In this document: piece by piece, positions 19,111-31,835 of the stretch
Numbering within the stretch: the first letter of the stretch is position 1
Layout: each line of letters opens with the position of its first letter
Virus record (IMG/VR): IMGVR_UViG_3300033121_001619
Location: 62,320-126,319 of that record
Length of the DNA stretch: 64,000 nt
Strand: one strand, 5' to 3'
Source of the DNA: a virus
Lineage: Duplodnaviria > Caudoviricetes
Notes under the pieces: generated by a model
Database searches by the model: none
Told to the model about the DNA's origin: nothing
What the model saw: only the letters and a program-made list of their open reading frames with translations
Program-made: the position numbers and the translations under genes

Positions 19111-21539
19111 CGATATCAATCAAGACATCGACCACTACCTCGAAGCCGGCTGGCGTCTCCAAGGTGGGAACGTCGATATTGAGCGTCAATCCTCTCACGT
19201 ACGCGGAGCTGACCGACCTCCGCAACGGAGGAAAGACCTTGAGGTTCGATCTGACGTTCTCCCTATCTCTCCTGGATTACAAAGTCCTCCAGTACGAAAA
19301 GGTGGAAGTCACGGTCAAACGACCCACAGATTTCGACTCATCCGCAAAGGACGTCAAGAGAGGAGTCAAGTCGACGACCAATTCCCCATCAAAGAAGACG
19401 GTTGCGGAGAAGCTGTACTCTGGCATCAACTCATCGTTCGATGCTTCACAGACGGAGAAATTCGCGTACAAGACTTCCACGGTCGTCTCCGACGACGTCA
19501 AGGACGCACTATCGTCTCATCATTACGTCGCCGAACTAAGGCAAGGACAGACGATCAAGTTCTTTCCGGAGAAGTCCAAGATCGATCGCTTCAATCTGGT
19601 CCAATCCGTCAACGATTTGGGGATCGATCCATCCGAGGTCGCGACTCGAGATTGGACGAAGATCGGCCGCCGCGCCGCTTTCCTGAAGGACATAGAGTCA
19701 TTCTTCCTGAGGACAGTCCCAGCACGAGTCACCTACGACAACGTCTTGAGATACGATAGGGTCCCGAAGCGACCGACTTACGTCGACGTCACTGTGCCCG
19801 TCTACGTCGATTCGTCGGATCGCTCTTCGATCATGACGATCAGGTTCGATCTCATCAATTCCAAGACGAACAAGATCGACGAGACGGTGTCGGTACAGCT
19901 CGACGTGTCCGGACACGTCGAAGCATACGGACAGTTGCGAGACGACCCGATGATAACCGCGCAGCGGGTCGCGGCTCCCTCGTCCAGGACGTCTCATGAG
20001 CGCTACGTCGTGTCCATCTCCGAGAAGAACAAGACTTCTGGCGTCAAGAAGTATGCTGTGTACACCAAGGGGATTGATCGGTTTGGATCGACCACCGGGT
20101 ATTCGCTGTATGGAACGTTCGAGAAGACGCACGACATCGTCGAAGTAGTGATCGATCCGAAGTACAGAGTGGAGGTAGTTCGTGTCGTTCCCATCGATGC
20201 GCAGAATCGTCTATCTCACAGATTCGGATCTGTCGTGCTGGGACACGGCCACGAAGACATCGGAAATGTCGTCTCGATAGTCTCTACGACGGGCAATTCC
20301 GTGCGCCTCGAGGTCAAGAACATACCCGAAACGTGTTCGATAGTCACGATCATGAAGCGTGACTGCACGATATCACCTGAGATTCACTTCTCTCGCGTGC
20401 ACTCCGAGCGATCGTCGGGTGCCGATTCTTACACGTACGTCGATCGAGACGTATTGGCCGGCAGGACGTACGAGTACTACGTCTCTTGTCAGTGCCACTC
20501 GAAGACCACGCCTGAGTTCGTGATAAACTCGAACTCGGTCATGTACAGGCATCGAACATCAGCCCTATCACGCGAGGGTACCAAACCCATCGACGTGGCG
20601 CTGACGTCTCCGACAACGTCCCTGGACTCCCAGGGAGCTCCCAGAGTATCTTTCTCCCTGAGTACGACGACTACCCAGGGCGAGAATGAGAAAATTACGA
20701 CAATCCTGAAGGAGACGCTGGGGGAGCTCTACAACCAATACTTGAATCCTGCTAACAATCCGTCGTCTCCTCTCGGGAGTCAAGTCTATCGTGACATCTT
20801 CTTCCACGAAGTCGTGCGCACTAATCTGTCGACGGGCGAACGGGAGACATTCGACCCGGTCGGTGATGGACAGTTCGTTGATGACGAGACTAGTCGAAGA
20901 AAGTCGAACATCTCGCCACTGAATCCCCAACATCGTTATCTCTATCAGGTCCACACGTTTCGCAAGAATCCCATCGAGCTCTTCAAGGGATACGTCGCCA
21001 GAGGATTGACGCGATCCGGAGCCGAATGGTTCTTCAGTCCCTACAAGTGGAGGAATTCCCAAGCCATCCAGGGTCAGCTATACGGAGAGGACGAAGATGG
21101 GCCCGTCATAGAAGCTTGGGAGTCGTTCACGTCTGAATCGTACGGTGTCACGAATTCCTACACGTCGAATGGAAGCACTGAATTCACTTCAGTGTCTTCG
21201 ATCACAGTCGTGCGTCTAGACGTCAACACGATTCGTCTCTCTTGGACGATACCGAAAGGATCTGCTCCCCTGTACGATTCCTTCGTGGTCATGAAAGTCG
21301 TCAATGGCGTCAGGTCATTCGTTGGAAGGACTCACACGACGCGGTTCTATCATGAACTGACCGAAAAGGACGTCGGGAATGTCCACTACATCGTCTGTCC
21401 CATCATGTCCGAATTCGACATTGATGACCCAGCGTACTCTTCCACGATCACCGTAACACCGACCGGCATAATCAAACAGACCAAGGCTCCTTCGGGCTCG
21501 GTGGCGACTCCCACGAAAGTCCCCCAGCAGAATCTCTGA
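19107..21539 (+). CDS. Putative virion protein with FN3/Ig-like segments
   Basis: YTYVDRDVLAGRTYEYYV and IRLSW are FN3-like. Confidence 0.6.
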   Translation: MTISIKTSTTTSKPAGVSKVGTSILSVNPLTYAELTDLRNGGKTLRFDLTFSLSLLDYKVLQYEKVEVTVKRPTDFDSSAKDVKRGVKSTTNSPSKKTVAEKLYSGINSSFDASQTEKFAYKTSTVVSDDVKDALSSHHYVAELRQGQTIKFFPEKSKIDRFNLVQSVNDLGIDPSEVATRDWTKIGRRAAFLKDIESFFLRTVPARVTYDNVLRYDRVPKRPTYVDVTVPVYVDSSDRSSIMTIRFDLINSKTNKIDETVSVQLDVSGHVEAYGQLRDDPMITAQRVAAPSSRTSHERYVVSISEKNKTSGVKKYAVYTKGIDRFGSTTGYSLYGTFEKTHDIVEVVIDPKYRVEVVRVVPIDAQNRLSHRFGSVVLGHGHEDIGNVVSIVSTTGNSVRLEVKNIPETCSIVTIMKRDCTISPEIHFSRVHSERSSGADSYTYVDRDVLAGRTYEYYVSCQCHSKTTPEFVINSNSVMYRHRTSALSREGTKPIDVALTSPTTSLDSQGAPRVSFSLSTTTTQGENEKITTILKETLGELYNQYLNPANNPSSPLGSQVYRDIFFHEVVRTNLSTGERETFDPVGDGQFVDDETSRRKSNISPLNPQHRYLYQVHTFRKNPIELFKGYVARGLTRSGAEWFFSPYKWRNSQAIQGQLYGEDEDGPVIEAWESFTSESYGVTNSYTSNGSTEFTSVSSITVVRLDVNTIRLSWTIPKGSAPLYDSFVVMKVVNGVRSFVGRTHTTRFYHELTEKDVGNVHYIVCPIMSEFDIDDPAYSSTITVTPTGIIKQTKAPSGSVATPTKVPQQNL

Positions 21540-21545
21540 GGAGAA

Positions 21546-24500
21546 ATGACGTTCATACCTGCCAAGAAGAAATCTCAAGCCGCCGCCGGCGGATCTATCG
21601 GACAAGCTCAAGTCTCCGGGATCGTGGTCGAGAATTACGAGAAGGGATCCGGATCGACGATAGTCAAGTCGGTGACGTCGCCCAAGCCCATCCTTCCAAA
21701 GAAGGTCTTCGATGAAATGGCATCAGATGCCACCGAAGAAGTCGTAGTTGGTGACTCGTATTCACACGACATACAAGCCAAGATAGATCCGGTCGCAAAG
21801 GCATACGAGTCTTTCGTCGGAACGCCCATGACGGCTCCCGTCATAGTCATGACGTCTGAGTTCGTTCCTCTCGTCGGTAGAGTTGAGGAGAAGATATCGA
21901 TCGACGAAACATCGAGCGTCGTGTCTGCGGTCACGGCTCTCTCCGCCCTGGAGGAATTCGACGAGGTAGTCGACGAAATCATCGCCACTAAGAAGTCGAT
22001 CAAGGAGCGTCTCGTCGGTCTCGAAGAGTCCCTTTCAGGCATCGATGCTCGCCTCGCTGACGTCGATACAGCTCTCAACGTCCGGACTCTTTCACTGGGT
22101 CGATCGGTCGGAAGCTTGAGTGACGTCCTAGTGAAGTCGGGCTATCCGCAGTCCTCGGTGGCGAAATTTGCCAACACGAAATTGTGGATGCAAGCGACGA
22201 TAGAGCTCAAACGAGCACTCCTCGCCGGAAGTCCCGTCCTCTTTTCGTCCACGGCCAATCGACAACCAGATCAAGCTGACACCGACGATAGTGAGAGGAT
22301 ATTGTCAGATGTCACGCGAACACCGAGCGATTACGCACGCGTCTGGATAAACCCGTACTCCAACTTCGACCTGCCGTCGATAGCGTCGTTTTCTTCTACA
22401 TCGACATTGAAGACAGCCCGAGACCAATTGATAGCTCGATCGTCGAAATTGTACGTCAGTTTGGCCATTGCCAACATGACCAAAAAGTCTCCGGACTCTC
22501 CTCAGACGCAGGTCTTCGACGCCGGCGGCATCTTGAGTGCCTATTCAGGCGACATGCTCAATCAGTACGTGTCGTCTGGACGAGACATCTCCATCTTGTC
22601 GTCCATCTTGCGAAAAGAGGTCACGTACTCGACCTTCATGTCGTCTCAAGCGAACAGGACGTGGTTGGCTTCCGTCGTCGGCTATAGCGTTTCATCCAAC
22701 GATAACTTCACCGTCCTCGATCATCTATTGGGACGATTTCCTCGCTCGATTGACGAGTTTTCGGACACTCCGATAGGTCTCGGTAACTCTCTCTCGAGTT
22801 TCTCGCAGGAGTCGCCGGTGGTCGATGGAATTCGTCGACGCGTGATGACGTTCGAAAAGAGAGTCCCTGACGGCACAACTTCCGGACGTTCTTACTACGT
22901 CGATGGGACTTTGACGACCGCAGATGGATTGAAATTCGATACGTCGAGGATCAATGCACTCATAACACGTGTTTCTCGCGTCAGTGACGTCATATCGAAG
23001 ATAGCGCTCATGGCTGGACTGTCCTCGTCGACGGACAAGTCGGGTCGTCTGACGATTTTCCGCGACTCTGAGTTCGGAGAGTTCGACATAGACACCATAG
23101 CGACTCATCTCGAGCCCTTGCGCCAGATATACGACAAGGTCATCACGACAGGGAACGTGTACGATCAAACGACGGGTGAGTCGTATGATGGTCTCAAGGT
23201 AGACGTCGAGGAATTCAAGGGGTTGACCCAAGACGAACGCGACTCATTCAGATGGCCGGCCATGTTGTGCAAGGCATGCGTTCAGCCTGTGACATCGGGT
23301 TATGACGTCGACGATCTCAAGACGCATGTCTTCGCATGGATGATGAATTTGGTGCTGTCGAGGGCCGACGGAGCGCAGAATCTCGACGTGACACGAAAGG
23401 CACGTCTAGACGTCGACAACTTCGTGGCGACACGCGTCCTGAACAAGAAGATTCCTCTTAGCGACCTCGCGTATCTCTTCTCCGAGGCTCACGGTCTGAC
23501 ATTCGTCACCAAGATCACGACGACTCTTGGAGGAGACTATGCCGAGGCGTCGGAGGCTATGAAGTTTGGAGATAAGGCGTCGGATGTCGAGACGAGATCG
23601 CTTCTCGGATCCGATGGTCAACCCGTGGGCCTGTGGAAGATCATAAGAGACCTGATGATTCAGGCGTACACGAACAAGAGCGCGTACTCGGGCGACGTGA
23701 CAAGCTTTAGCGGGATCGGAAAAACGGCATACATGTATGCGTACTTCGATCTATTGATGAGATGCGTCGCAGCTCTCACGCCCGAGAGCCTAGAAGGAAA
23801 GTTCCAGCACACGTCGAAGACGTCTTCCACCACCACGACCACGCTGGAGGGATACGCCGTGTACATGCTCACCGACGATGCGGTGAATGACACGTACGTT
23901 CGATCACCCGATGGTCTCAACTCGAAGCGTCTCAAGTCTGCCATTGACGTGAGAGACGCCGACGATGAATTCGTCGCCGACACGTTGGCGATCTTCTGGA
24001 CGATCGTCGACACGATAGGAAAGACGTCGAAATCTCTGGTGAGATACGTCGAGAAGGATTTCTCAACTTACCTCCAGACGATCAGAGGAGTCATCTCGTC
24101 TCTTAACGCCCGGGCGGAGACGAGACTGGCAGTGGAGAATTTGGCTTTCACTGAGGGTCAGGTCTCCCTGACACGACACGCGATATCAGAGATGATAGAT
24201 CGCATCGATCTCGAGGAGCAGTCCCACGACGTCGTCAGATCGAGTCCCATCATGTCGGACGTCAGTGACGTAGCGATGCTATTCATGCCCGTGAGCATGT
24301 CGGACCTCCTCTCTTACGAGACGTTCTCATCGTATTTCCGATCACAGCAATTCTCTCCCAAGTCCGGATGGAACAAGAGGATCATGTCCGTCGGAATACC
24401 TCCACGCGCCGTGAGGTCTCTCTCCGGAGCTGTTTCTAGAGAGAACAAGACAGGACAGTCGGTGATTCGAGTCAAGGTCTACATGAAGGACCTCCTGCAT

Positions 24501-25340
24501 CCTGACGTTGTGTACCTTCCTCGCTCCTATCTTTTTGATATGCGTCGTTATCCCACGCGGTGCCCAGCACATTGGGGAGACGCGATGAGGGATGACGACG
24601 AGATCAACATCTTGTCAATTCCCAGCAAGCTGGTGTCGAACGGTGAGGTGACGGTCTGTCGTGACTACAACAGCGGCTATCCTGGTTCGATGTATCCGTC
24701 CGGTCTCTTCGACGAATCCGAACGTTTGGAGATGTACGCCAACTGCTCCATCAGTTTTCTCGTCGAGGAATACATGCGATGGTTCACACGATGTCGATTT
24801 GACGAATCGACATACACTCGATTCGGAGACACTGATAGCGTCCTAGAAAATGTCAAGATTCAGACTCCACGACTCTCCTCTCCACCCAAGAAGTCTAGAC
24901 AGACTTCACCGGCGGACACATCGATCAAGTACACCGATCCAGCGAGCGGAGTCACCTATCACGTTCCTACGACGAAGAAGAAGAATTCGATCCAACAAGA
25001 CGTCATCGATGCCAAACGTTATGACATCCCGATGACGCAGACGTTGCACGAATATCTGAAGAATCTCACCTTCATGGCTGGCTCCGACGTAGTTTTGGAA
25101 AGGGTCGTGCATCCTCGTAAGTTCGACAGGGTGTTCAATCTCATCGTCGATCCTGATGATTTCCTCGTCGACGTTGACGCCACCGGGCAAGAGACGTGTC
25201 GACGTCTCACGCGATTCGGCGTGTTGACCGACCTAGGAGGATCTTATCGCTCGAAGGAGCGTACTTCAGGTGACGTCACGTTCGAAGAGTACTTTGTCAC
25301 CATGGAACCGTATGACTACGTCGATGAGGCTCCGGTATGA
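21546..25340 (+). CDS. Large hypothetical protein, probably virion
   Basis: 1264 aa ORF, GAGGAG RBS, coupled to neighbours. Confidence 0.65.
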   Translation: MTFIPAKKKSQAAAGGSIGQAQVSGIVVENYEKGSGSTIVKSVTSPKPILPKKVFDEMASDATEEVVVGDSYSHDIQAKIDPVAKAYESFVGTPMTAPVIVMTSEFVPLVGRVEEKISIDETSSVVSAVTALSALEEFDEVVDEIIATKKSIKERLVGLEESLSGIDARLADVDTALNVRTLSLGRSVGSLSDVLVKSGYPQSSVAKFANTKLWMQATIELKRALLAGSPVLFSSTANRQPDQADTDDSERILSDVTRTPSDYARVWINPYSNFDLPSIASFSSTSTLKTARDQLIARSSKLYVSLAIANMTKKSPDSPQTQVFDAGGILSAYSGDMLNQYVSSGRDISILSSILRKEVTYSTFMSSQANRTWLASVVGYSVSSNDNFTVLDHLLGRFPRSIDEFSDTPIGLGNSLSSFSQESPVVDGIRRRVMTFEKRVPDGTTSGRSYYVDGTLTTADGLKFDTSRINALITRVSRVSDVISKIALMAGLSSSTDKSGRLTIFRDSEFGEFDIDTIATHLEPLRQIYDKVITTGNVYDQTTGESYDGLKVDVEEFKGLTQDERDSFRWPAMLCKACVQPVTSGYDVDDLKTHVFAWMMNLVLSRADGAQNLDVTRKARLDVDNFVATRVLNKKIPLSDLAYLFSEAHGLTFVTKITTTLGGDYAEASEAMKFGDKASDVETRSLLGSDGQPVGLWKIIRDLMIQAYTNKSAYSGDVTSFSGIGKTAYMYAYFDLLMRCVAALTPESLEGKFQHTSKTSSTTTTTLEGYAVYMLTDDAVNDTYVRSPDGLNSKRLKSAIDVRDADDEFVADTLAIFWTIVDTIGKTSKSLVRYVEKDFSTYLQTIRGVISSLNARAETRLAVENLAFTEGQVSLTRHAISEMIDRIDLEEQSHDVVRSSPIMSDVSDVAMLFMPVSMSDLLSYETFSSYFRSQQFSPKSGWNKRIMSVGIPPRAVRSLSGAVSRENKTGQSVIRVKVYMKDLLHPDVVYLPRSYLFDMRRYPTRCPAHWGDAMRDDDEINILSIPSKLVSNGEVTVCRDYNSGYPGSMYPSGLFDESERLEMYANCSISFLVEEYMRWFTRCRFDESTYTRFGDTDSVLENVKIQTPRLSSPPKKSRQTSPADTSIKYTDPASGVTYHVPTTKKKNSIQQDVIDAKRYDIPMTQTLHEYLKNLTFMAGSDVVLERVVHPRKFDRVFNLIVDPDDFLVDVDATGQETCRRLTRFGVLTDLGGSYRSKERTSGDVTFEEYFVTMEPYDYVDEAPV

Positions 25341-27313
25341 CGCAAGGATTCAATACAAAACCCCTCGGTAGCACCTCATCGGGCGTCAAGTCTCAACCGT
25401 CCAAGACGAAATCTTCGTCATCGGTCGCTGGAGTCTCCAAGACGGGAGTGACCGAGTCGTCTCCCATAGACTACGTCGGGACACTTTCGCCCACCAAGAG
25501 CGAGCAATCTGACCCATCCAGGTCCATCGATCTGATCAACATACCCGAGATCAAGTCGATACTGTGCACATTCACGTACAACCACTTCACACGTGACGAG
25601 AGGATAACACCTCCTAGAACTGTGTTCAGTGGAGGTGAGGAGAAACCTCGAGACAAGATAGCGCGATACGTGACGGTGTCGTGGCAGCCTCCTGCTAGAA
25701 AGTCGATGGGATCCTCAACGACGAAGTCGAGGATTGGTACGATATACGAGAACAGGGACGTAATCGTATCAGAAGACGATTCGTTGAACCCGGATTACGT
25801 CGATCACACGTATTCAGACGATGAAGCAATAACGCGTGCCGCGACCGATCTCGAGCTATACGACAAGATGGTGGGTAGAGGCAACGAAAGTCTGACGTCC
25901 ATGGCGGTCGATCGTTTGACCTCCCTTGGGTCTCATGCCGGTGAGAGAGACGTCGCAAAGCTGGATCGATTGTCGAAAACTCTCATGAGAGTCATCGATG
26001 ATCCTCAGGAAAATCTCGGTCTGACGGTGACACCAAGCGACCCCGCCAGAGTCCTAGAATCCGGCGACGACGACGTCACGCTTCACGTCAAGGTCCACGG
26101 ATCCGTCGTCTCGGACGTCTTCGCCAATTCCCACCTGAAGTCGTCCGACTCTTCGTTGGCTTCAATCAGGAGATCTTCGTCGAGAGTCAGATCTGGTACG
26201 TCACGTCCTGAGAGACAAGCCTTGAGCGTAGTGGAGATACTCACTTCTCAGGCAGAGAAGGAGAGGCTAACTCGCCCTGTCGAAATGATCGGTTACATCG
26301 TGTCTCGCTACGTTCAGACGCGCAACGGGTTCGTACCGGACGACGTCTTCTACGTCGAGGATCCATCAACGACGTCGATCATCGATCCTGGCGTCATGTA
26401 CGGGAAGACATACTTGTATGCCGTTCGAGTCGTGTTTGCCGTGGAGATGTTGGCACGCGATGGTGATCGGGTGGTACCAGCGTGCGTGTATGTCTCGTCT
26501 CGCTCCGTGACGAAAGTAATGAAGACCGAGGAGTCCACGCCGCCCCCGGAACCGACGTCGCCCAGATTCACTTACGACTTCATCGATAGACGTCTGACGA
26601 TCCACTGGGACATGCCCGTGAATCCCCAAGACGACGTCAAGCAATTCCAGGTCTTTCGACGAAAGACGATCGGAGAGCCTTTCGAACTCATCTGTCAGTA
26701 TTGCTTCGACGACACAATCGTCTCGGGCGATGCATCGCGTGCACTCACGGGCGAGAGAGTCGATGGCAACTCGTCGACCATGACCGACGAAGAGAGATCC
26801 CATGTGAAATACTCGCCAGTCCCAGTCTTCTCGCACACGGACGACGATTTCTATGTCGATCCTGAGACGCGGGAGTCGTCGAGGTACATCTACGCAATCG
26901 CTAGTGTGGATGCCCACGGTCTGATATCGAATTACTCCGCGCAGGTCGAGGTGTCGTACGATCAGTTCTCCAATCGCTTGACGTCTAAAGTGGTGGCGGA
27001 CTCCGGATCTCCAAGACAGTACCCTAACATGACGCTTGCTTTGGATGCCTTCAAGGACGCCGTCTTCATCGATGGTCCCGGATCTCGAAGGATGGACGTC
27101 TACATGGCACCTGACTTCTTGAAAGTCAAGGATCCTGCGAGGGGAGACGACATACAGGTCGTCGCCGGATCATCGCCCGATAGACCAGCTAGTTTCTACG
27201 TGTTTCAGATGATCAATCTCGACAACCAGAAGACGCAAATCTTGGAGGTCGAGATCAAGGATACCCACCGCCGCACGTCTCCTGTGAAATTGGGAGCCCC
27301 GCTGGATAGGTAG
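25337..27313 (+). CDS. Putative virion protein with FN3-like domains
   Basis: IIDPGVMYGKTYLYAVR, PPPEP, YIYAIASVDAHGLISNYS. Confidence 0.65.
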   Translation: MTQGFNTKPLGSTSSGVKSQPSKTKSSSSVAGVSKTGVTESSPIDYVGTLSPTKSEQSDPSRSIDLINIPEIKSILCTFTYNHFTRDERITPPRTVFSGGEEKPRDKIARYVTVSWQPPARKSMGSSTTKSRIGTIYENRDVIVSEDDSLNPDYVDHTYSDDEAITRAATDLELYDKMVGRGNESLTSMAVDRLTSLGSHAGERDVAKLDRLSKTLMRVIDDPQENLGLTVTPSDPARVLESGDDDVTLHVKVHGSVVSDVFANSHLKSSDSSLASIRRSSSRVRSGTSRPERQALSVVEILTSQAEKERLTRPVEMIGYIVSRYVQTRNGFVPDDVFYVEDPSTTSIIDPGVMYGKTYLYAVRVVFAVEMLARDGDRVVPACVYVSSRSVTKVMKTEESTPPPEPTSPRFTYDFIDRRLTIHWDMPVNPQDDVKQFQVFRRKTIGEPFELICQYCFDDTIVSGDASRALTGERVDGNSSTMTDEERSHVKYSPVPVFSHTDDDFYVDPETRESSRYIYAIASVDAHGLISNYSAQVEVSYDQFSNRLTSKVVADSGSPRQYPNMTLALDAFKDAVFIDGPGSRRMDVYMAPDFLKVKDPARGDDIQVVAGSSPDRPASFYVFQMINLDNQKTQILEVEIKDTHRRTSPVKLGAPLDR

Positions 27314-27327
27314 ACTGGAGGAAAGAC

Positions 27328-28071
27328 ATGGGATTTCTAGACAACTCGACGAACAACCTCATCATTGACGCAGTCCTGACGGATTATGGTCGTCAGCTCT
27401 TGGCTCAGGCGAACGGATCTTTCAACGTCAAGTACTACGCATTCGGTGACGATGAGGTCGATTACCGTCTGATCAAGCGATATGGGAGGACGGTCGGCAA
27501 GGAGAAGATCGAGAAGAACACTCCGATCCTCGAGGGCATCACGAACCCAGCTGTCGCCTTGAAGTACAAGCTTGTCGGTCGTGAGACGTCGGGAGAGACG
27601 TCGGCGGCATTCATGCCAATCCTTCAGACGACATCGACGCCAGCTCTGGTCAAGAACACCCAGTCGTCCTACACGGTGACGGTCGATCTCTACTACAACA
27701 ACTCGACGGGAGCCGCAGTACCAGTAGAACTCATCCAGCCCGTGTACAAGATAGCTGTGTCCGATAGGTTCTTCACCATAACGGATTCCGGGATGGGTAG
27801 GATAACAGCTCCTGCAGCTGGATCGTCGATGATAAATGCGGGAGATCCGAACAGGACGGTCACGTACACGTACACCGTGACGAACAATTCCACATCGATA
27901 TCTTTCGTCGTCACCGCCAAGAACATCGACAACACGACGCTGTCGGTGTATGGGAAGAGGATCAACTCCACTTCGTCGACCAGAGAGATCACAAGCTACA
28001 TCACGGTCACGGGGGAGAGACATGGATGCACCATCAACATACCCGTGACTTACAGGGCTTCTCTCACCTTA
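27328..28071 (+). CDS. Putative tail/baseplate structural protein (TTA-TAG at end)
   Basis: MGFLDN...DAVLTDYGRQLLA...FGDDEVDY; GGAGGA RBS; ends ACC TTA TAG. Confidence 0.7.
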
Positions 28072-28086
28072 TAGGATTGGAATCAC

Positions 28087-29361
28087 ATGTCGACCCAAAA
28101 GCAGCTACTTCCATCCGACAAGAAGGTGACTCGAACGTTCTTGACGCAGCTCATAGACGTCATCCAGGAGGACGTATCGTCGTCAGCTTCGCGCAGGAAG
28201 TATCAGTCGTTCGTGACTGGAGGCATCGGACCCGGGGTGACGTCGAGTCTGTTTCAGACCGTATACGACCAAGATTTCACCCTACAGACTGCCAACCCGG
28301 TCTTCGACATAACGTTCGGTCTCGCGCCACCCGACGTCAACGTCGATGGTATAGCCGCAACGACATCGACGGCTGTGGACGACGGTGGCAAGTATCTTTA
28401 TCCGAGCAGCTCTCTCATGATGAGAGAGAAGACGGACATTTACGGTCAATTCTCACAGATTCTCCTCGGAGACAGGGGAGAGACTTTCAAACTGCCAGTC
28501 GATCCAACGTTCACGACGTCTCAGACGACGACCGACATCGATGCCGCACTGTTCATCGCCTTCAAGCGTCTCTTCTCGCGCGATCAGATCAAGCGTGAGA
28601 CCTTCGCGATGAAGTTCTATCAGACCGCTTCCTACGTCAGCACCATCGCCGGACAGGACACGCCTCCGGCAGCCGATTCCAGCGGAGTGACGAACATCTA
28701 CCGGACTTCGACGACAGGCTCGGCGATCTACACCGACATAGGATCTTCGGATTCTCGCTTCTTCAGCGTGGGTGGACAGTACGGATACCTCGTCAACGCT
28801 GCCAACACGTCGAACGCCGTCGGCCTGATCTACTACGATCATGGCATCGTCGTCCTCGACATCGAGAAGGTCACGTCAGGATCTCAGTTCATATCGGGAA
28901 CCATCTCTGCCATGAACTCCCTGGGACAGACGGTCCTCGGAGGCGCTGGGACCGAGACAGCATACACGGCGAAGGTCGTCCCAGATCTCTTGACGTCCGG
29001 ATCGATCGACGACGTGATCGATCACTTCAGCTACGCTCGATTCGGAAGCGGCACTCAGACGGCGTTCACGTTCCAGAACTCGACGTACATCAACTCGTCA
29101 CTGATCTTCTGCAACGCCCTGCCAGACGATTTCAATTACTCTTCGAATCCCACGTACACCGAGGAGAGCGGAGACTTCAAGGGTAGACTGACGATATACG
29201 ATCCCGCCCTTCCAGAGGAGTCTCAGGAGCCTTTTGCCTTCATCACCACGATCGGCCTGTATGACAACACGGGAGGGTTGGTGGCTGTGGCGAAACTCAG
29301 CCGGCCCGTGGAAAAGAATCCTGGGCGAAACCTTTCATTTAGGGTCCGGACTGACTATTTA
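28087..29361 (+). CDS. Putative tail/baseplate structural protein (ends at TTA)
   Basis: C-terminal ITTIGLYD...VAKLSRPVEK...FRVRTDY, then TTA overlapping the next ATG (TTATG). Confidence 0.7.
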
Positions 29362-31835
29362 TGTCAGTCATACGTGTGACATCAGACGACGTGCAGCACA
29401 CCACGGTGATCACCACACCGAGGCGTTACTACGCGTCTTCGTCACACGGAACGACGGGATCTGTTCTGGTGAGACCTAGGGCATCATCGTACGAGAAGTC
29501 GACCGATGCTTTCGAGGACAGACACGAGGATTCATCGTACGATTCTCTCTTGAGATCGACGCTGTCGAGAGCGAAGTACTTCAGGGCGTCGTCACGCAAC
29601 ATCTTCACGACGATGCAGACGTATGTGTCGGGGGTCAATGTCCTGAGCGAAAAGGACGACGTCGTGATGGACGTCACCCGATTCACCCCCGGCACCAGTT
29701 TCACGAAGTATTTCTTGCGCAAGGGTATCGTGAAGGACACGCTGATGCGTTATTATCGCACGGCATATCCTCAGGCCACGTGGGCCTACACGAATTCGAA
29801 CGCCCTGAATTTCTTCACGGCGTTCTCCGGATCGACTCAGCTAGTTCCTACGGGATCGGTCCTGCTCTATCCCAACGTCGTGACGTCATCAGCTCCGGAG
29901 CACGTGGGTTACGTCTCTGGATCCTACTGTCTTTCCGGAGCCTTCACTTTCGATCTACACGTGAATCCTCGCTACGAGGACGACGGGATAGACGCAGGAC
30001 ACTTCAAGGACGGGACAATCCTTCACCTGTCTTCGTCGTATGCTCTCTCCTTGGTGACTGGGTCTCACAAGGACGCTAGGGGATTCCCGCTAGGATTTCG
30101 CCTCAAGCTTCAGCTGAGTCACAGCGCCGGTCTGGCACCGTCGTCCACGAATCCCGGGTCGTATCCGCACGATCTCACGTTCCTGTCCGACGATAATTCT
30201 TTGACGAGGAATCGATGGCATCACGTCATCGTCAGATGGGGAACGTCACTCGTGGACGCTGGGACGGGGTCCTTCGTCATCGATGGTCGCCGCTCGGGAA
30301 ATTTCGTGATACCGTCGGGAACGATATCACCAAGACCGTTCGTGAATTCTCTCAATCCCGACGTCCTGTGTCTGGGAAACTTCTACGAGGGAACGAATTA
30401 CGGCACGTCTGCCCAAAGCATATTCTTCTCTCCAGACAACGCTACGCGAGACGGCGTCGACCAGCTGACGTCCGAGAACTCCGTCGAGGATCCTGTCAAC
30501 TATCGATTCAATCATCCGCTCAAGGCCGAACTGCACGACGTCCTCATTCGACGTCATTATCTCACCGACAGTGAGATCGTCGCCTCTGGTTCCACGGGTC
30601 ACGGACGATCCGTCAGGGACCAGATGGACTTCGCCTTCTACGTTCCACCGTTCTTCGTCCAAGAGGGACCGATCTTGCGGTGGGTCGGTGACCGAGGCGG
30701 TGTGCTGCAAACACCGTTCTTCGAGGTGGATGGTACCACGGACGACCCGTTCAACGTGGCCATGTCGTTCGGGGTCGGCGGTCACATGATCAACCTGGAG
30801 AATTTCGTGAAGGACTTCTCGACAGGTAGGTTTCCTCGTCTATTTCGACTCACGGGATCGACAATCGATCACACGACCGATCTCCTCGATGCCAACGACG
30901 TGATCTATTCCGATCCCGGCGTCGTGAAGAGGAACTTGTCCATTTTGCCGTGCGACGACGGGACGTTTGATCCGTGTTACGAGCTTCTCGACGACGAGAA
31001 CTACACCAACAAATACGTGGACGCCGAGGGAGTGACGGACCTGAGTCTCATCAGCCTGTCTGGACTCTTGTCGACGTCATCCTTTCAGGCAGGAGGAATC
31101 CACGCGGAGTCGCCTGATGACTACGTCGAATTCCTCTACGGACCGTCTCCGGAGAAACCGGGTCTCGAGCCCGGGAAGTCGTTCTTGAAGTACATGAGTC
31201 TCCTGACAGCGTCCATAGGATCGGACGGTCAGATCGATCGTGGAGTTCAGCAGGGTGCCCCTCTCACGATTTATCAGCGTACGCAAGACTCCTCGTCGAA
31301 TCAAGTCACGTTCTTCAACGTGTCAAACATCTTCTACGGACGAAGGATCCTGCCCGGATCCGTCGTGTTGCGTGACTCATCGATGACAGGTAGCTCAGGA
31401 GTCGTGTCAATCACATTGAGAGACGACGCGATGGGAAGCCTCTATCGGGCAGACTCCGACACTCCCCATCACATCAAGAACACCGTTGGGAACGTCTTCT
31501 ACGACGAGGGAATAATCGTCGTCAAGAGTCCTCACTTGAATTTCTTTGGCAAGGATGGCTTCGAGCTCGAATTCAAGGGTGTACAGCACATCAATGTCAC
31601 ACGCTATGAGATCGTCGCACCTTCTGGCATGCTCAATTCCTCGTCCAATCCCACGCATCCAGGCTGGGATCTCCGACCATCGTCCAATCCGATCGACACG
31701 GAACCCTTCGTATACATCAGCGGCATCAATCTCCACGACTCCAACATGAATGTCGTCGCTCGTGTCAGACTGGCTCAGCCGGTCATGAAGAGAGAGGGAG
31801 ATCGTCTTCTCTTCCGCGTGGCCATGGATTCGTTA
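29361..31835 (+). CDS. Putative tail/baseplate protein with LamG/ConA-like domain (ends at TTA)
   Basis: RWHHVIVRW is LamG-like; C-terminus parallels the previous gene (RLAQPVMK...FRVAMDS), then TTATG overlap; standard-code end 32066. Confidence 0.7.
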